NCBI GenBank assembly: GCA_963693365.1
Contig: CAVNZM010000014.1
Coordinates: 4,092,001-4,156,000 of the forward strand
DNA: 64,000 nucleotides
Reading direction: 5' to 3'
DNA from: Amoebidium appalachense
Lineage: Eukaryota; Protista; Ichthyosporea
Part shown: one piece after another, positions 14,247 through 32,765 of the stretch
Layout: each line of letters opens with the position of its first letter
Position numbering within the stretch: the first letter of the stretch is position 1
The notes under the pieces: generated by a model
Told to the model about the DNA's origin: nothing
The model's database searches: none
What the model saw: only the letters and a program-made list of their open reading frames with translations
Made by a program: the position numbers and the translations under genes

Positions 14247-14941
14247 ATGTGCGAATGCATGTACAGTAGTGTGCGCGTGTACATGTGTGTATGCGTGCGT
14301 GCGTGTGTACATACTGCAGCAGTGAGTGGGTGAGTGTGCATGTGTTGTGTACTATAAAAAATTCTTTATTGCTTCTGGAAATTTTCAATACTGCGTGTTA
14401 CCGTCCACGTGTACCAGGCCACTGAGCTGCGTGTCATAGGGTCCGGCCTCTGAGGTACCGTTAGCACCTCTTTTTTCTTTTGGGAAAATTTGTGTTTACT
14501 CTAACGTGCACACAGTACACGGTTTTCACGTTGACTTGCCCACGAATACTACTAATAAGTATTTAATAAGGAAGAAAGTGATTTGAGAGAGACAGAGGGA
14601 GAAGGGGGGGGGGGGGGGGGGGGGGGGGGAGGAGGGGGGGGGTACGGTAGGTGGGGAGAGCATAAAGGCTTCAGCCGGGTAAAGGAGAGGAAAGGGAGCC
14701 TAGCAAACATAAACAAGGTAGAAATTTCGGAGAAACGACAGGCGCAGAGTTACTTCACTGAGCGCCATATGTCCTATACTACATATATCATTCTAGAAAG
14801 TCCTGCTGGCTATTCATGTACAACTAGCCTGTACCCAGTGCCTGCCATATTCCGCTATTTACATCGACCTGGGTGTGTGTTGCGTCCGAGGTAAGCATCT
14901 GTGCATGCGGGTGGTGCCGTGAACGTGCCAACCCAGCCCGT

Positions 14942-16754
14942 CTACATGGACATGGTGTGCAGCACATACTGTTGTCTGAGCCTGTCCGCCTGCCCCAAAG
15001 ACTGTGTGCGCATTCGCTGGCTGGCCGGGCTGCCGTAGTGGGGGAAGTCCAGGTCCTGGCTGCTAGGGTGCAGGCGGGACGGACGCATGGGTGGGGGCTG
15101 GTGGGTGGGCAGAAAGTGGCGCAGAGGGTCGTGCTGGTTGGGCAGGAGCATGAACCCAGGTGACGGCCGCGGTAACTGTGTGCGGATGTGTGTGAGTGTG
15201 TGCAAGCAAATGCGGTGTGCATGTGCTTACTAGCATGTGTGTGCGTGTGTGTGAGCATGTGCAGTGTGCATGTGCGCACCATGATGCCAAACTTGCGCAA
15301 AGAGTGTGGCGACAGGGTCGGCTGCAGGGACCTACCACGGGGGACAGGGAGCTGGGTGGTGTGCCGACTGGGGACATGAAGGGGGAGCGTGGCCGCAGAC
15401 CAACTTGCACGGGGGAGCGGGGCAGTGTCCCGGGGTAGGGGGCTGGGGCTAGTGGCTTGGGTGGGCTGTGGGGTAAGGCATTAGTTTTTTGCAACGCAGC
15501 TATGTGTCAGTCCCTGTACCTGTGTGAGGTCAGCACAGGCCTATCGTACTACCCCTCTCCCCCCCCCCCTCCGCCTCCAACCCTTCCAAAAGAAAAACAG
15601 AGAGAGACCACGAAAAAAAAGAAAAAAAGGGCAGTTTAAGCCCCGGCTTAACGGCCTCCAGCCCACGTCCCCCCACCCACCTAGGCTTGTAGTCTTTGCT
15701 GGTGCGGCGTCTACGCTTGCGTTCGCAGAGGTGTGGTGGTCGGATACACTTGTAAAGGCGCTCATATAACCCACAAGCGTTACACACTACCTCCCCAGCC
15801 GCATTTTTCCTGCAAGCCAGACAAGGAAGTTAGTTGGTGTGCACTTTGCCCAACACAGGCTGGCTACCTCGATCGTGATCACATTTGGAGTTCGTGCAGA
15901 GAGTCTATTTCGAGTATGTTACATAGTTCTGTCCTATTCTGGCTAAGCGCAGCCTGTCAGTTCCGAAGTGATGCGACGTTCCCCCTTTCATCCTGCAACT
16001 ATCACTCATTGCGGCAAACAAGCACATTGGCACACACAGTTATGTTAAGCATAGGGCACCCACCTCCACATGGACGTGGAATCAGTCTTGCAGTTTGTGC
16101 ACACCGTCACCCCCGGGGCTGTAACCGCTGGTTTCTCCTCGACCACCTCGTGGTCTGTAGTGCAGTCTGTGTTGGACCAGCACTCATCCTCACTGGCCTC
16201 TGATCCATGTTGCAGTTCATGACGCACACTCAATAGTGTTGCATACAGCGATTCCTCAGTTAGTGCTGCCCCGGAGGTTTCTGGCTGGCTTGGTATTTCA
16301 TCTATTTCCATGCTGTCGGCCGCGTCTGGTTGTGGTGCGGGTGAGTCTATGGCCTGCAGGTAGGCCTCGGGCAGGATAGTGTGGTCGGGGCGGGTCCAGT
16401 CCACTACGTCGTCCACAGTGGCGCCTTTGAACACAGCCTCCAGGCTGGTGCTGCACAGAGCACGCTCCATGCTCTGTGACGACAGCAGCCGCATGTTGTT
16501 GAGGTCGAAGGACAACGTGGTTTCGCCCATGGTGGCGCTACTTGGTAAGTTCGAAGGGATGTGCTCTAGATCAAGGTTGTTATCCGCGTGAGAAAGCACT
16601 GAATCTGCACCACTGTGAGTTTGTGCCTTTTTCCTGTTCTGGCTCAGAACAGGCTACTGCTTTACCTGGAGGCTCTGCGTCGCTACAACGCCCTACTTTG
16701 GCAACGACGGTCTGGTTGTTCAGGGCGATAGCTAGATCCAACAGTATGACTGTC
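14942..16754 (-). CDS. GATA-type zinc-finger transcription factor (5' end not resolved)
   Basis: Splicing the exon ending near 16063 to the exon starting near 15809 gives [48 protein letters not shown] (C-X2-C-X17-C-X2-C plus basic tail). Upstream exon about 16754-16666 joins in frame (..DAEPP-D-SVLSHAD). Pro/Ser-rich downstream exons end ..VLHTMSM-stop at 14942. Start codon not found. Confidence 0.85.
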
Positions 16755-17639
16755 TAAAACCATTTCAATTCAAGTCATGAAGCGAACTATTGTAGGCCGA
16801 TTAGTTTGCTTAGCTGTTTGGTGCGTGGTCGAGCCTGAGTAAGGTGTCCTGCTGTTGCTGTTACAGGATGGAAGAACACTGCTTGTGGCGCGTCAGATGA
16901 CTTATCGTGGGGTACTTAGTTATATGCAGCCATATGCATATGCTGCAGCGCTAAAGTTTGCCTAGCTAAGTCTGATTGTATGGCTATGTGTCTTGTGCCA
17001 AGCAAGCTGAACAACGACTTAATGTGTAGCAATCTGTGAATGAGTGGTCGGGCACAAGACGAAGTACAGTATAAAGTACACGTTATCTGCAGCTGCAGCT
17101 GCGTGGGTGGCCCGTGCCACCGGTCAAACGGTGGTGAATTACGGTGGTGTCGTGAACGGATTCAAACCACCGCATACCAAGCATGCCACTGTGCATACCA
17201 CGCCGGTTGCGTGTACCTAACGGAATGTGACGGAATACTGGTACACATAAGGGGTTGAAGGCATCTTTCATATAGAGCAGTAAGCATTCGTAGAGATAAC
17301 AGGAACAGTGCAGCTCAATAATGAGCACATTAATTGACGAGAAGGGGACAAATCCTAATATACTGGAAAGCGGTGATAACGGCAAGGGTTACACGAACAT
17401 TATTGAACCCAGTTCACCGGCGGTCCGGGTCCACTCCGGGAAGGGATACGGGATCGGCGATTTTGAGTGGTCCCCGATTTCTTTCTGGCGCCGCCTTTTT
17501 TCCCCCTGATTACGTAACGCGTTGCTACGCACCCACGCCGTACAACGAGTTTTGTGTTCGCACGTTAACGCAGAGGGCGCACAACCCGAAAGAATTTTTT
17601 TCATGAAAAGAAACTACTTTGAATACATGCACTTTTACC

Positions 17640-18344
17640 CTGGGTGTGCAGGGCTTGCTCCCAGCGCTCGGCATTAGTGCCGAAAAAGCCACAGATGTTA
17701 CTGCAGAGTTGCAACGTGGGGTAGTTGCTTTTGACGGGATGGTGCAGGTCCACAAGTCCTTTTCAGTTTTCGCTGACACAGTAGCCAAACAGCAAATAGA
17801 TGACAAAAAAGTCACAGACGACACATATGCAGCTATTGCAAATCACTTTATGTCCAAAGTTAATACGTATAGGCTAGCAGGGGTCCAGCCACACTATGTG
17901 TTTGATGGGCGCAGATCGAAAGAGGGAAAACTAGTTGATAACGACCGTGCAGAAAAGGTGGTCAAAGCCCGCCAAGAAATAGCCACAAAAAGAGAGAAAC
18001 AGGAGGAGGTAACTAAAAACAAATGGAGAAGCGCTGCAGAGTTAGATAACAGAGTTTTACATGCAATCATCCTTAGACTGAAAGATGAGAATGTCGATTA
18101 CACAGTAGCTCCATACGAAGCAGACCCCCAGCTTGCCTATATGGCACGTACCGGTTTGGCACACACTGTTGTCACTGAGGATGCCGACCTTCTTCTGTAT
18201 AACATCCCGCGGGTTGTATACAAACTGCGCATTGCGGATGCGGCGGTCATCCCTGGGACCGCTAATGCGGTGCGCATTCCCAAACTGTACGGAGTGATTG
18301 TAACCCCCGCCGATGTTTTTACCAGAAGCACAAAGTACAACATA

Positions 18345-18345
<1 letters not shown>
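17640..18345 (+). CDS. EXO1/XPG (Rad2/FEN1, PIN-fold) 5' nuclease domain inside the transposon; start codon reads CTG; 3' part unresolved
   Basis: (L)GVQGLLPAL..VAFDG..PHYVFDGR..VAPYEADPQLAYMARTG..VVTEDADLLLY matches the EXO1-like N and I motifs with the acidic catalytic residues intact. No H3TH GCDY motif found downstream, where repeat-filled intron-like sequence follows. Confidence 0.85.
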
Positions 18346-18418
<73 letters not shown>

Positions 18419-18638
18419 AGTAATCTTCTGACCGATCTAGTGAACCTATAATGAATGAATGAAGACCGTGTGTCAAATCTGAGAGCCATGTACCAGACCC
18501 TGGTGCCTGCATATGTTTCCTACCCCCCCCCCCCCCCCCCCCCCCCTCCCCCCGGTCCCTCCTCCCCCCTTGGTGTTTGCATACGTGCCTACCTGCCCCC
18601 CCCCCCCCCCCCCTCCCCCCCCCCCCCCCCCAACACGT

Positions 18639-18684
<46 letters not shown>

Positions 18685-18928
18685 CGTGCGTGCGTGCGTG
18701 TGTGCAAATGCGTGCGTGCGTGCGTGCGTGCGTGCTTCCGTGTGTGCGTGGTTGTGTGTGTGTGTGGGGAAGGGGGGGGGGGGGGGGGGGGGGGGGGGGG
18801 AGAACGACTCAAGGTTGTACTTGGCACACAAATACATAATAATTTCAATTATTATTATTATTTTCCTATACAGGAAAAGTGGAGCCCTACTGGCCGAATA
18901 CATACATGCAAGCATTCATTCATATTTT

Positions 18929-18980
<52 letters not shown>

Positions 18981-19060
18981 AAAAAAAGACAAAAAAAAAA
19001 AAAAAAAAAAAAAAAAGCAGAGAAGGGGGCTTTAGGGAGAGGCAATCGAAAACGAAAATT

Positions 19061-20987
19061 CTACACCATGCTTTTGGTGTGCCCGGGCCCCACCATATCC
19101 TTATATAGTGGCTCTTGCATGTTACACAAGAAAGCCACAGCCTTAGCTACCATCCAATGGGTGCCTACAATCGACATCTGCACCTGATTGCTAAACAGCC
19201 GATAATTTTTCGTGCGCCCAAAAGCCCTCTCCACATGCACGCGCACACTAGACAGTCTTTGGCTATATATGGTGTCTTCAGCGTTTAGCTGCCCATGCTC
19301 AACAAACGACGGTAATAGCAAGGAAGCACCCTTCTCCATGATTAGCCCGTGCACTCTAAACCCTTTATCAGCTGCTATTTCATCCCCCTCTTCTATCTGA
19401 TCTACAAATTCACGCTTGCATACACCTGTGAGATCCGGGTCTTTGAACCCTCCCACATGTGCATCGGACACCTGTCTGAGTTTCATATCCGTTGTGATGC
19501 CCCCGAAGTACTTGAGAGTATAATTGCTTTTGTACTCTGAGTAGAAACATCGTTTCAGAAGGAGGTTTGTCGGCACCTGTACAAACACCTCGGTGCAATC
19601 AATGATCCACCGTACATCGTCCCATTGCCCAGTGTAGCAACCGGCTTTAAACTTCGAAAGTTGCTCTCTGGTGGGGGCTTTGACAGGCTTTTTCGTATAG
19701 AAAAACCTGTGCTAACGCCAGTGCACCAAGAAAATGGCGGAATATACGCGAAAGATTCGGTTCTGACACATCCACCAGCCGACTCAATAGTTGGAAGGAT
19801 GTGCCGTGGCGGAGGCGAAAAAGTGTAAAAAGACATCCATCATGCAATATTATTTCCTTTCCTGTTTTGGTTTTAAAATCATTCATGTTTATAGTTGATT
19901 GGCCAATAAAAGCAACAATCCCCAGCACTCCCATGAGAGCATCAAAACTATCCAACCCCGTGTATGTTTTCACCACATCATCTCTAGCCTTCCCTTCCTC
20001 TTCCGCCACTATGTCCTCCATGCATATTCTTTTCTGGTTTTGTAGTAATTCCTCCCTCGCTTGATCAAGCGCTTGTTCGAGCTCCTTCTTCTCCAATCTT
20101 TGTTTCTTCTCATTTTCCTCCAATTGCTTCGTAGCTATCTCAAGTTCGATTTGCATTTTCTCCGCCTGCTCCTTATAGAAAGCTCTTGAACGTTCCAGGA
20201 CATTCACATAATCCTCTACATCCATCCCTTCCTCACCTGCCTTCGACTCTAGATAGTCAAATGTCCTTTCACGCACATGTTCCCTCCTCCTTTCCCTCGT
20301 TCACTGTCCGCTGCTTCTTCACTGCTCGTCTCCCCCCGCTCCCTCGCTCGTTTCCGTGTTTGCTCAATATCTGAGGCATCCATTCCTACAGCTTGCATAT
20401 GACTATTGGCCCTTTCCTCCCTCAATAGCTGTACCTTCTCTCTGTACATCGGGTCTAGTTCCATTCGGATGGGACATGCATTCTTTGTTAAATTTCAGTT
20501 TTCCATTCTTAGCAGTAATATCATCATCGGTGAAATGTGCCTCGCATACAACCAGTTGCTTAAGGATAGCCAGTGGCGAGGGGACTTCCACCTTCGGTTG
20601 CCCCCGTTTCCTCTTTGGTTGTGGTTCTTGTGCCGACTGCTCAGCTGGCACAGCCGAGTCATTGGCATTTTCGGATTGTGTGTCAGCTGTGTGTGTCTCA
20701 GTAGTGGTTGTGTCTGTATTTACGTCTGTCCCATCCGAGGCCTTTGGCCTTGTGTCTGTGTGTGTGTCTGGGTCGGGGGGTGCTTGCTTTGTGTGTTCTG
20801 CTATTTGTTTCCGCTCATACTTTGTTTGCTCCTGCCTGCCTATAGCATTTAACCAAGCATGCCTCCTAGCCAATACATTTGGTTTGTATCCATATGGAAC
20901 AGTAAAAAGCTTTATCTTCCTGGTAGGATCTTTGGGAGAGACTGTTTCTTCGTCATTTTTGCAGTAGTTAGCCGCGCAAGTTGGCAT
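19061..20987 (-). pseudogene. THAP + coiled-coil + HTH + DDE_Tnp_4-type transposase, split over about 5 reading-frame segments
   Basis: MPTCAANYC..W..VCEAHF (THAP C2CH); LFRLRHGTSFQLLSRLVDVSEPNLSRIF (HTH); VRWIIDCTEVFVQVP, FYSEYKSNYTLK, IAADKGF, VRVHVERAFGRTKNYRLF (Harbinger/ISL2EU DDE). About 4 frameshifts (near 20485, 20300, 19700, 19625): decay or assembly indels. Confidence 0.85.
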
Positions 20988-21914
20988 TGTGAGTGCCTAA
21001 CATATATAGTTAGAAAACAACCCGCCTTCATGAAAAATGTGCAGCGCAGTTTTGTCCGGACACGTGTGTGGCATGCCGTGTGTACATGGTATAGCTCGGC
21101 CACACGATCTTAGGTGCCCAATAGGCAGATCAAGCCCACTCAATCCAGATAGATATCGATCTGAGCGGCGCCAGAAAGTATTCGAGCCGCGCGATCCCGT
21201 ATCCCTTAATAACTTGGTGGAATAAAAATCATCGCACGCCATTGGACTACACCTGTCTGCATTTTATCACTGGAACGTCGCCGGATGAATCATGATCTTT
21301 CGAAAATGCAGCATTGCAAGCGAATAGGTAAATATCTTGATATCCTTTTTTACCATACAGCGTCAGCCATAAGCAAGAGCCTGCCTTAATTAATATTCCT
21401 AGCTGTGAGCATGTTCATAATGACCACTGGCCTGTTCACTCAAATGCCCACGTACCAGACTGAGCTCGGACATGCCGATGTCATCCGCGCCACTGGTGCG
21501 GCACGCGCTGCATTAGATAAACCAATCAATGGCTGCCATAAGACCCTAAAAATGGCAGGCGAAAGATACGGTCGATTGGCTCTACATATTTTTGGCGCGA
21601 AGTGCAGCATCGTTGTCCGTGGCACCGTCCAGGGAACTGCGTCACAGTCACCGACTCACAGTCACGGAGTCACGGTGAATTCAAGAAGCACTTGTCACGC
21701 TGCAGCTGGGGGGGATAAGCACACAGTACACTTGGTACCGAGAGAAGGGCCAGTGCAAAGACGTCACGGCAACAGAAAACGCACAACAACCTAACTAAAC
21801 TGCAGCACAGCAGCGCGCAGCGAGAGAAAAATATTGTCAGCACAAGCCCCTTACTCACCACGCACGGCTGCAGCAGCTCTAGCTAAACACGCGGTAGCAG
21901 CGGTTGCCAGAGAG

Positions 21915-25026
<3,112 letters not shown>

Positions 25027-25331
25027 TGGTCTGCACTGGCTGGCGAGGCTGGCACAAAAGGATTCTTGGTTTGACCCACCCACGCATGTGCTGTACAGAT
25101 GTGCACAGAGAGCACAGACACGGGTGGCATAAGCATCAAGCCCAGGGTGCATTCTGATGTCCCCTCCCTTTAAAACTTCAGAAACACACACGGCAACCAG
25201 CGAACGAACCGACCAACAACAAGGGCCACACATACTTGTTCCTGTCCATCGGGGCAGAGGTGCACATAAACACACGCAGATACACGCACACACATCACCC
25301 GAGGTGTGGGCACGCACGCACAGACACATTT

Positions 25332-25394
<63 letters not shown>

Positions 25395-25432
25395 CGCGCG
25401 CACACACACACACACACACACAACACACACGT

Positions 25433-25477
<45 letters not shown>

Positions 25478-26428
25478 GTACACATGCAAGAATGATGGAT
25501 TTCTCTCTCGTTCTCTCTCTCTCTTTGATCGTGAAGATAAACAACTTTGCATGCCACCAGTGTCCGGTGGTGCACAAGTACTTGCTTGTCGCCATATCAA
25601 ATAGCACTTCGATTCCTGACAAGGTTTATTTTTTTAATTTTTTTTTTCAGTATGCATGACCTGCATGCATGGTGTCCCTTTGCACATGACTTTAATTATA
25701 AACTTATTAGGTTTAGTATATCAAGAAAAAGGTCACTACAAGTGTGTCTCAACTTACAGTCTCTATGGCATTGTCTCGATGCGACTACTGTGTTAGTGTC
25801 TTAGTTGTTGCCGAGCCTCTTGCTTGCCTATACGTAACAGTGGGTGTAAGTCTACAGTGGATGAACGTAGATTCACAAAATATATATTCGGCAAATACGT
25901 GCTGGTGGAATCCTATTGGCTGTCTGGTTACAGCCCATGGCAGATTACAGACCAGATGATCTGTATGAATATTTGAGGCCATGCCAGCAGTAAAGAGGGT
26001 CATGGTAATGTGCGGTGCACACGTGGCAGATGCATTTCTCCAACGTGCACCCTGCGTACAACCAATTCAACCCGTATACATCTATGTCCTTTTGAATTCA
26101 AATTAGTGCTGTCTCAAGAGCCAAACTCAAATCATGAAAAAGCACCCATTCCATATCTCTAAGCAACCTATCAACACACACTCTCACACATACACACAGA
26201 AATAGGAAAGAGGGCAAAACAAAGAAGAAGAAAGAACCTTCGTCTCCACAGATTCATTAAACGTTCATGCTGAAACGAGCAAACCAGCCCGTGTGTTGGA
26301 TTCGATTGTGGTGAACAGAAGGGTGGGGTGCTGACCTATTGACCGTATGGAGCGGCTAGGCTAATCAATGCGTGTTGATTCCCCAAAAAAGGTCTAGAAG
26401 GATCCAGAATGAACGGGTTGCCGCATGC

Positions 26429-29899
<3,471 letters not shown>

Positions 29900-30208
29900 G
29901 GTGCCTGCACACCAACCAGACAGGGTTAGAGGGGGGACTGTTGTGTGAGGGCATCGAGGGTGGGACAAAAGGGTAGGTTGGGAGAAACAAACACAGAGTG
30001 GTTGCTGGAAATGAATAGAAACGCCCTGGAGGGAAGGGGGAGAGGAGGGTGGGAAGGGGGGGGGGGGGGGGGGAGGGGGAGGGGGGGGTTTGCAGGTAAA
30101 AGAGGAAGAGGAATGAGACACTGACCAATAGCTGTGACGGGCTGAAAAGGATGGGAGAAAAGAGAGGGTGTGTGTGTGTGTCTGTGTGTCTGTCAGTGTG
30201 TGTGTGTG

Positions 30209-30252
<44 letters not shown>

Positions 30253-31717
30253 GTGTGCATGTGTTTGTGAGTGAATGTGTGTGTGTGTGTGCGTGTGTGT
30301 GCATGTGTTGTGTGTGTTGTGCGCATGTGTTTGTGAGCGAGCAAGCACACACACACGCGCGGGCGCGCAGGCGGGCGCGCGGGCGGGCACGCGCGTGTGT
30401 GTGGGCAGGTGTGGGTGTGGATAAGCAAGAAAGGAAAACGAGCCACTGAGGTTTGCAGGTGAACTGGTGAGGAAGTGAGTGGAGCTGTTGGCAGGGTGCT
30501 GTGTGCGTGTGCTGAAGGGGGAAGGGCAGCAGGCATACAGCACACGCCCTGCCAGCCCTGCACCCCTCTGTGTTCCACTTCAGCCACCTGCCTGCTTTAT
30601 CCCCCCAGCAAGAAAGAAATTGCGAAGTGGGAATAGCACTAGAGTGTACAAGCGAGACTAAGCCGAACTTTGAAGCCAACAATCCCACCAAACACTTGCT
30701 TAGATGCTATGTGGGAATACACGCCGAGGGAGGGCCCACCGTTGAAAAGGCGCCGTGCAGGCCGGCACGTGCGCGCACACGGGTCAGCGCCGGGCAGCCG
30801 AGTGGGCCGCAGCAAGCAGTCGGCTGGCTGCGAGGGACTCCGCTGGTTGCCTGCCTGCTGCGACACTGCTCCACAAAGGCTGGGCTGACTGGCCGGATGA
30901 AAGACTGGCAAGCAAGAGAAAAGCACACTAGACGGCTGGGCAAAGTGTATCTATGTGTGTGTGAATATGTAGGTATATATGTATGTATACATGCCAACTT
31001 GTGTGTGTGTGTGTGTGTGCGTGTGTGTGAGTGAGTGTGAGTGTGGGTTAGCAAGGAAACCTTCGTGTGTGTGTGTGCTCGTTGAGCTGGATGGCGGCAG
31101 TATGAAAGTATGCAGGATACCGGCCTGCGCAGCAACGTGCACAGCGAAGAGGGCTACAATAACAGCACACACACAGAATATAAGCGCTCAGTCAACATAG
31201 CAAACAAAAAGACGTAGGAGACGACGTCGAACGTCTCGCGCCCAAAATCATTTGGGCCATTGGCTTACATGGCCGATCCGGCGATGACTTTATTGGTGAC
31301 TGACGCACCACTGTGGCACGCACGGCCGGCCAGCGGCTGCCGGCCGGGTAAAGACAAAGGCAGCTGACAAATGCCTCGGCAAGACGAAAAAGAAGGGCTG
31401 AACGGAACATGTACAAGTAGTTTTTAATAGTAACGGCTATCAGAGGTATGTGCTACATGGTGCATACTAGGCTACAAGGAATTAAAATAGAAGAAAAAGG
31501 GCGACCATGAGGTACCGGCAGACCAACTATAAGCTAACCCTTCAAGGCATCTAAAAGAGTGGACTATATGAAGAACATATGGGAATAACATTCATTCCAA
31601 TGATTCGATAGTGCATGTTGTGCGACAATATAGCCACTTCCTAAGCAAGAGCGTTACTACTTCAAGGAACCCAGCGAGGGAACCACACCTAAAAGACAAA
31701 CGTAAGGACACACAGCA

Positions 31718-32765
31718 TTAAACCACGGTGTTCTGCAGCTCAAAGTTCAGCAGGTAGCGCTTCTGCAGCTTGCTGTGTGGGCCCCTATAGTCTTTGGGCA
31801 GGGCATAGGCCACCAGGCGCACAGCCTTATCCCCCCAGAAGTAGCGCAGGCTGGTGTCGGACACACCGGGCAGGTTACACAGCCGCCACTTGTGGAAGTC
31901 TGCATACATCTGGTGCAGGCTGAACGAGTAGATGCTGCCCAGCTCAAACGAGGTCACCCTTGCACGTTCTGCCTTGGTCAGAGTCTCAGGAAACTCGTGC
32001 AGGCCCATGGCGGGTGACTGTGCACATGGGGGGGTGACCACCAGGCGGTCCACCAGGTTGCCCAGGGGGGCCACTATGTGTGCATCCTCGCCTGAAGGGT
32101 CGTCTGACCCCACGGACAGAAAGACCCCGGGGCACAGCCGCTGGATTGATGCGCTCACCAGAGCCACAAGCACACGCACAAGGCGGCCCATGTGCACGTG
32201 CCCGGGTATCTCCAGGCCCACAAACACCTGCGCGTGCAAGGCGGGTAAGTACACAGTCAGTGCTGGCTATTATGCAGGATACAGGTGTACGGATGTTGAG
32301 GGGAATCGACCTGTCCACAAGCAGCCTACTGCAAGGGAGCACAGGCACGCTGAACCGAGTAGCCAATATGTACTAATTTCAGTAACTAATGGGCTGCCAC
32401 CCGCATCCACACCCACATCCATCAAACATAAGAGGTAGCACTTCACCAGCAAGCTACCAGACAGAGAGCACAGGCAGCAGGCACCTCACCTGGTCGTCAG
32501 CAGCCAGGTTGCGGAAGCAGCCCTGCACCTGCACCTCAAACACACGGCGGCGGCCCTCAAAGTATTCCGCATAGGGCTCCCTGTCGGTGTTTGTGCGCAC
32601 TTTGAACAACACGTGGCCCTCAAAGTGCTCCGACCGGAACGCAGTCGGCGTCAGGCCGTTGACCGGGACTCTTCTGTCTTTATGGCCACCCAGCACGTTG
32701 GTGATGACTAGTGGCTCGGCCTCAGCAGCCACTACAGGGCGCCTCTTTGGTTTGTGGTCGAACAT
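31718..32765 (-). CDS. DUF1769-family protein (2 exons: 32765-32490, 32227-31718)
   Basis: Motifs FRSEHFEG..YFEGRRRVFEVQVQGCF, VFVGLE, YSFSLHQMYADFHKWRL, RLVAY are typical of DUF1769; clean GT-AG intron. Confidence 0.75.

Larger units (their letters stand above)
17441..21207. mobile_element. TIR DNA transposon, PIF/Harbinger-ISL2EU (PHIS/IS5-related) type, 3767 bp, carrying a THAP-DDE transposase and a convergent EXO1/XPG-like nuclease gene
   Basis: Perfect 16-bp inverted repeats AAGGGATACGGGATCG (17441-17456) / CGATCCCGTATCCCTT (21192-21207). Subterminal inverted motifs CTTTCTGGCGCCGC (17481-17494) / GCGGCGCCAGAAAG (21165-21178) and TTGAGTGG / CCACTCAA. The repeats bracket both ORFs. No perfect TSD seen. 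Confidence 0.85.

Noticed and set aside
17640-18345. Host EXO1 gene
   Set aside because: Enclosed by TIRs, codon usage unlike host genes, a long intron-free first segment and no Met start; treated as element cargo pending phylogeny.
19061-20987. Kolobok or P-element call based on THAP and the TTAA at the right end
   Set aside because: Catalytic motifs (IIDCTE, ADKGF, RVHVERAFGR) are Harbinger/ISL2EU type, and the left flank is not TTAA.
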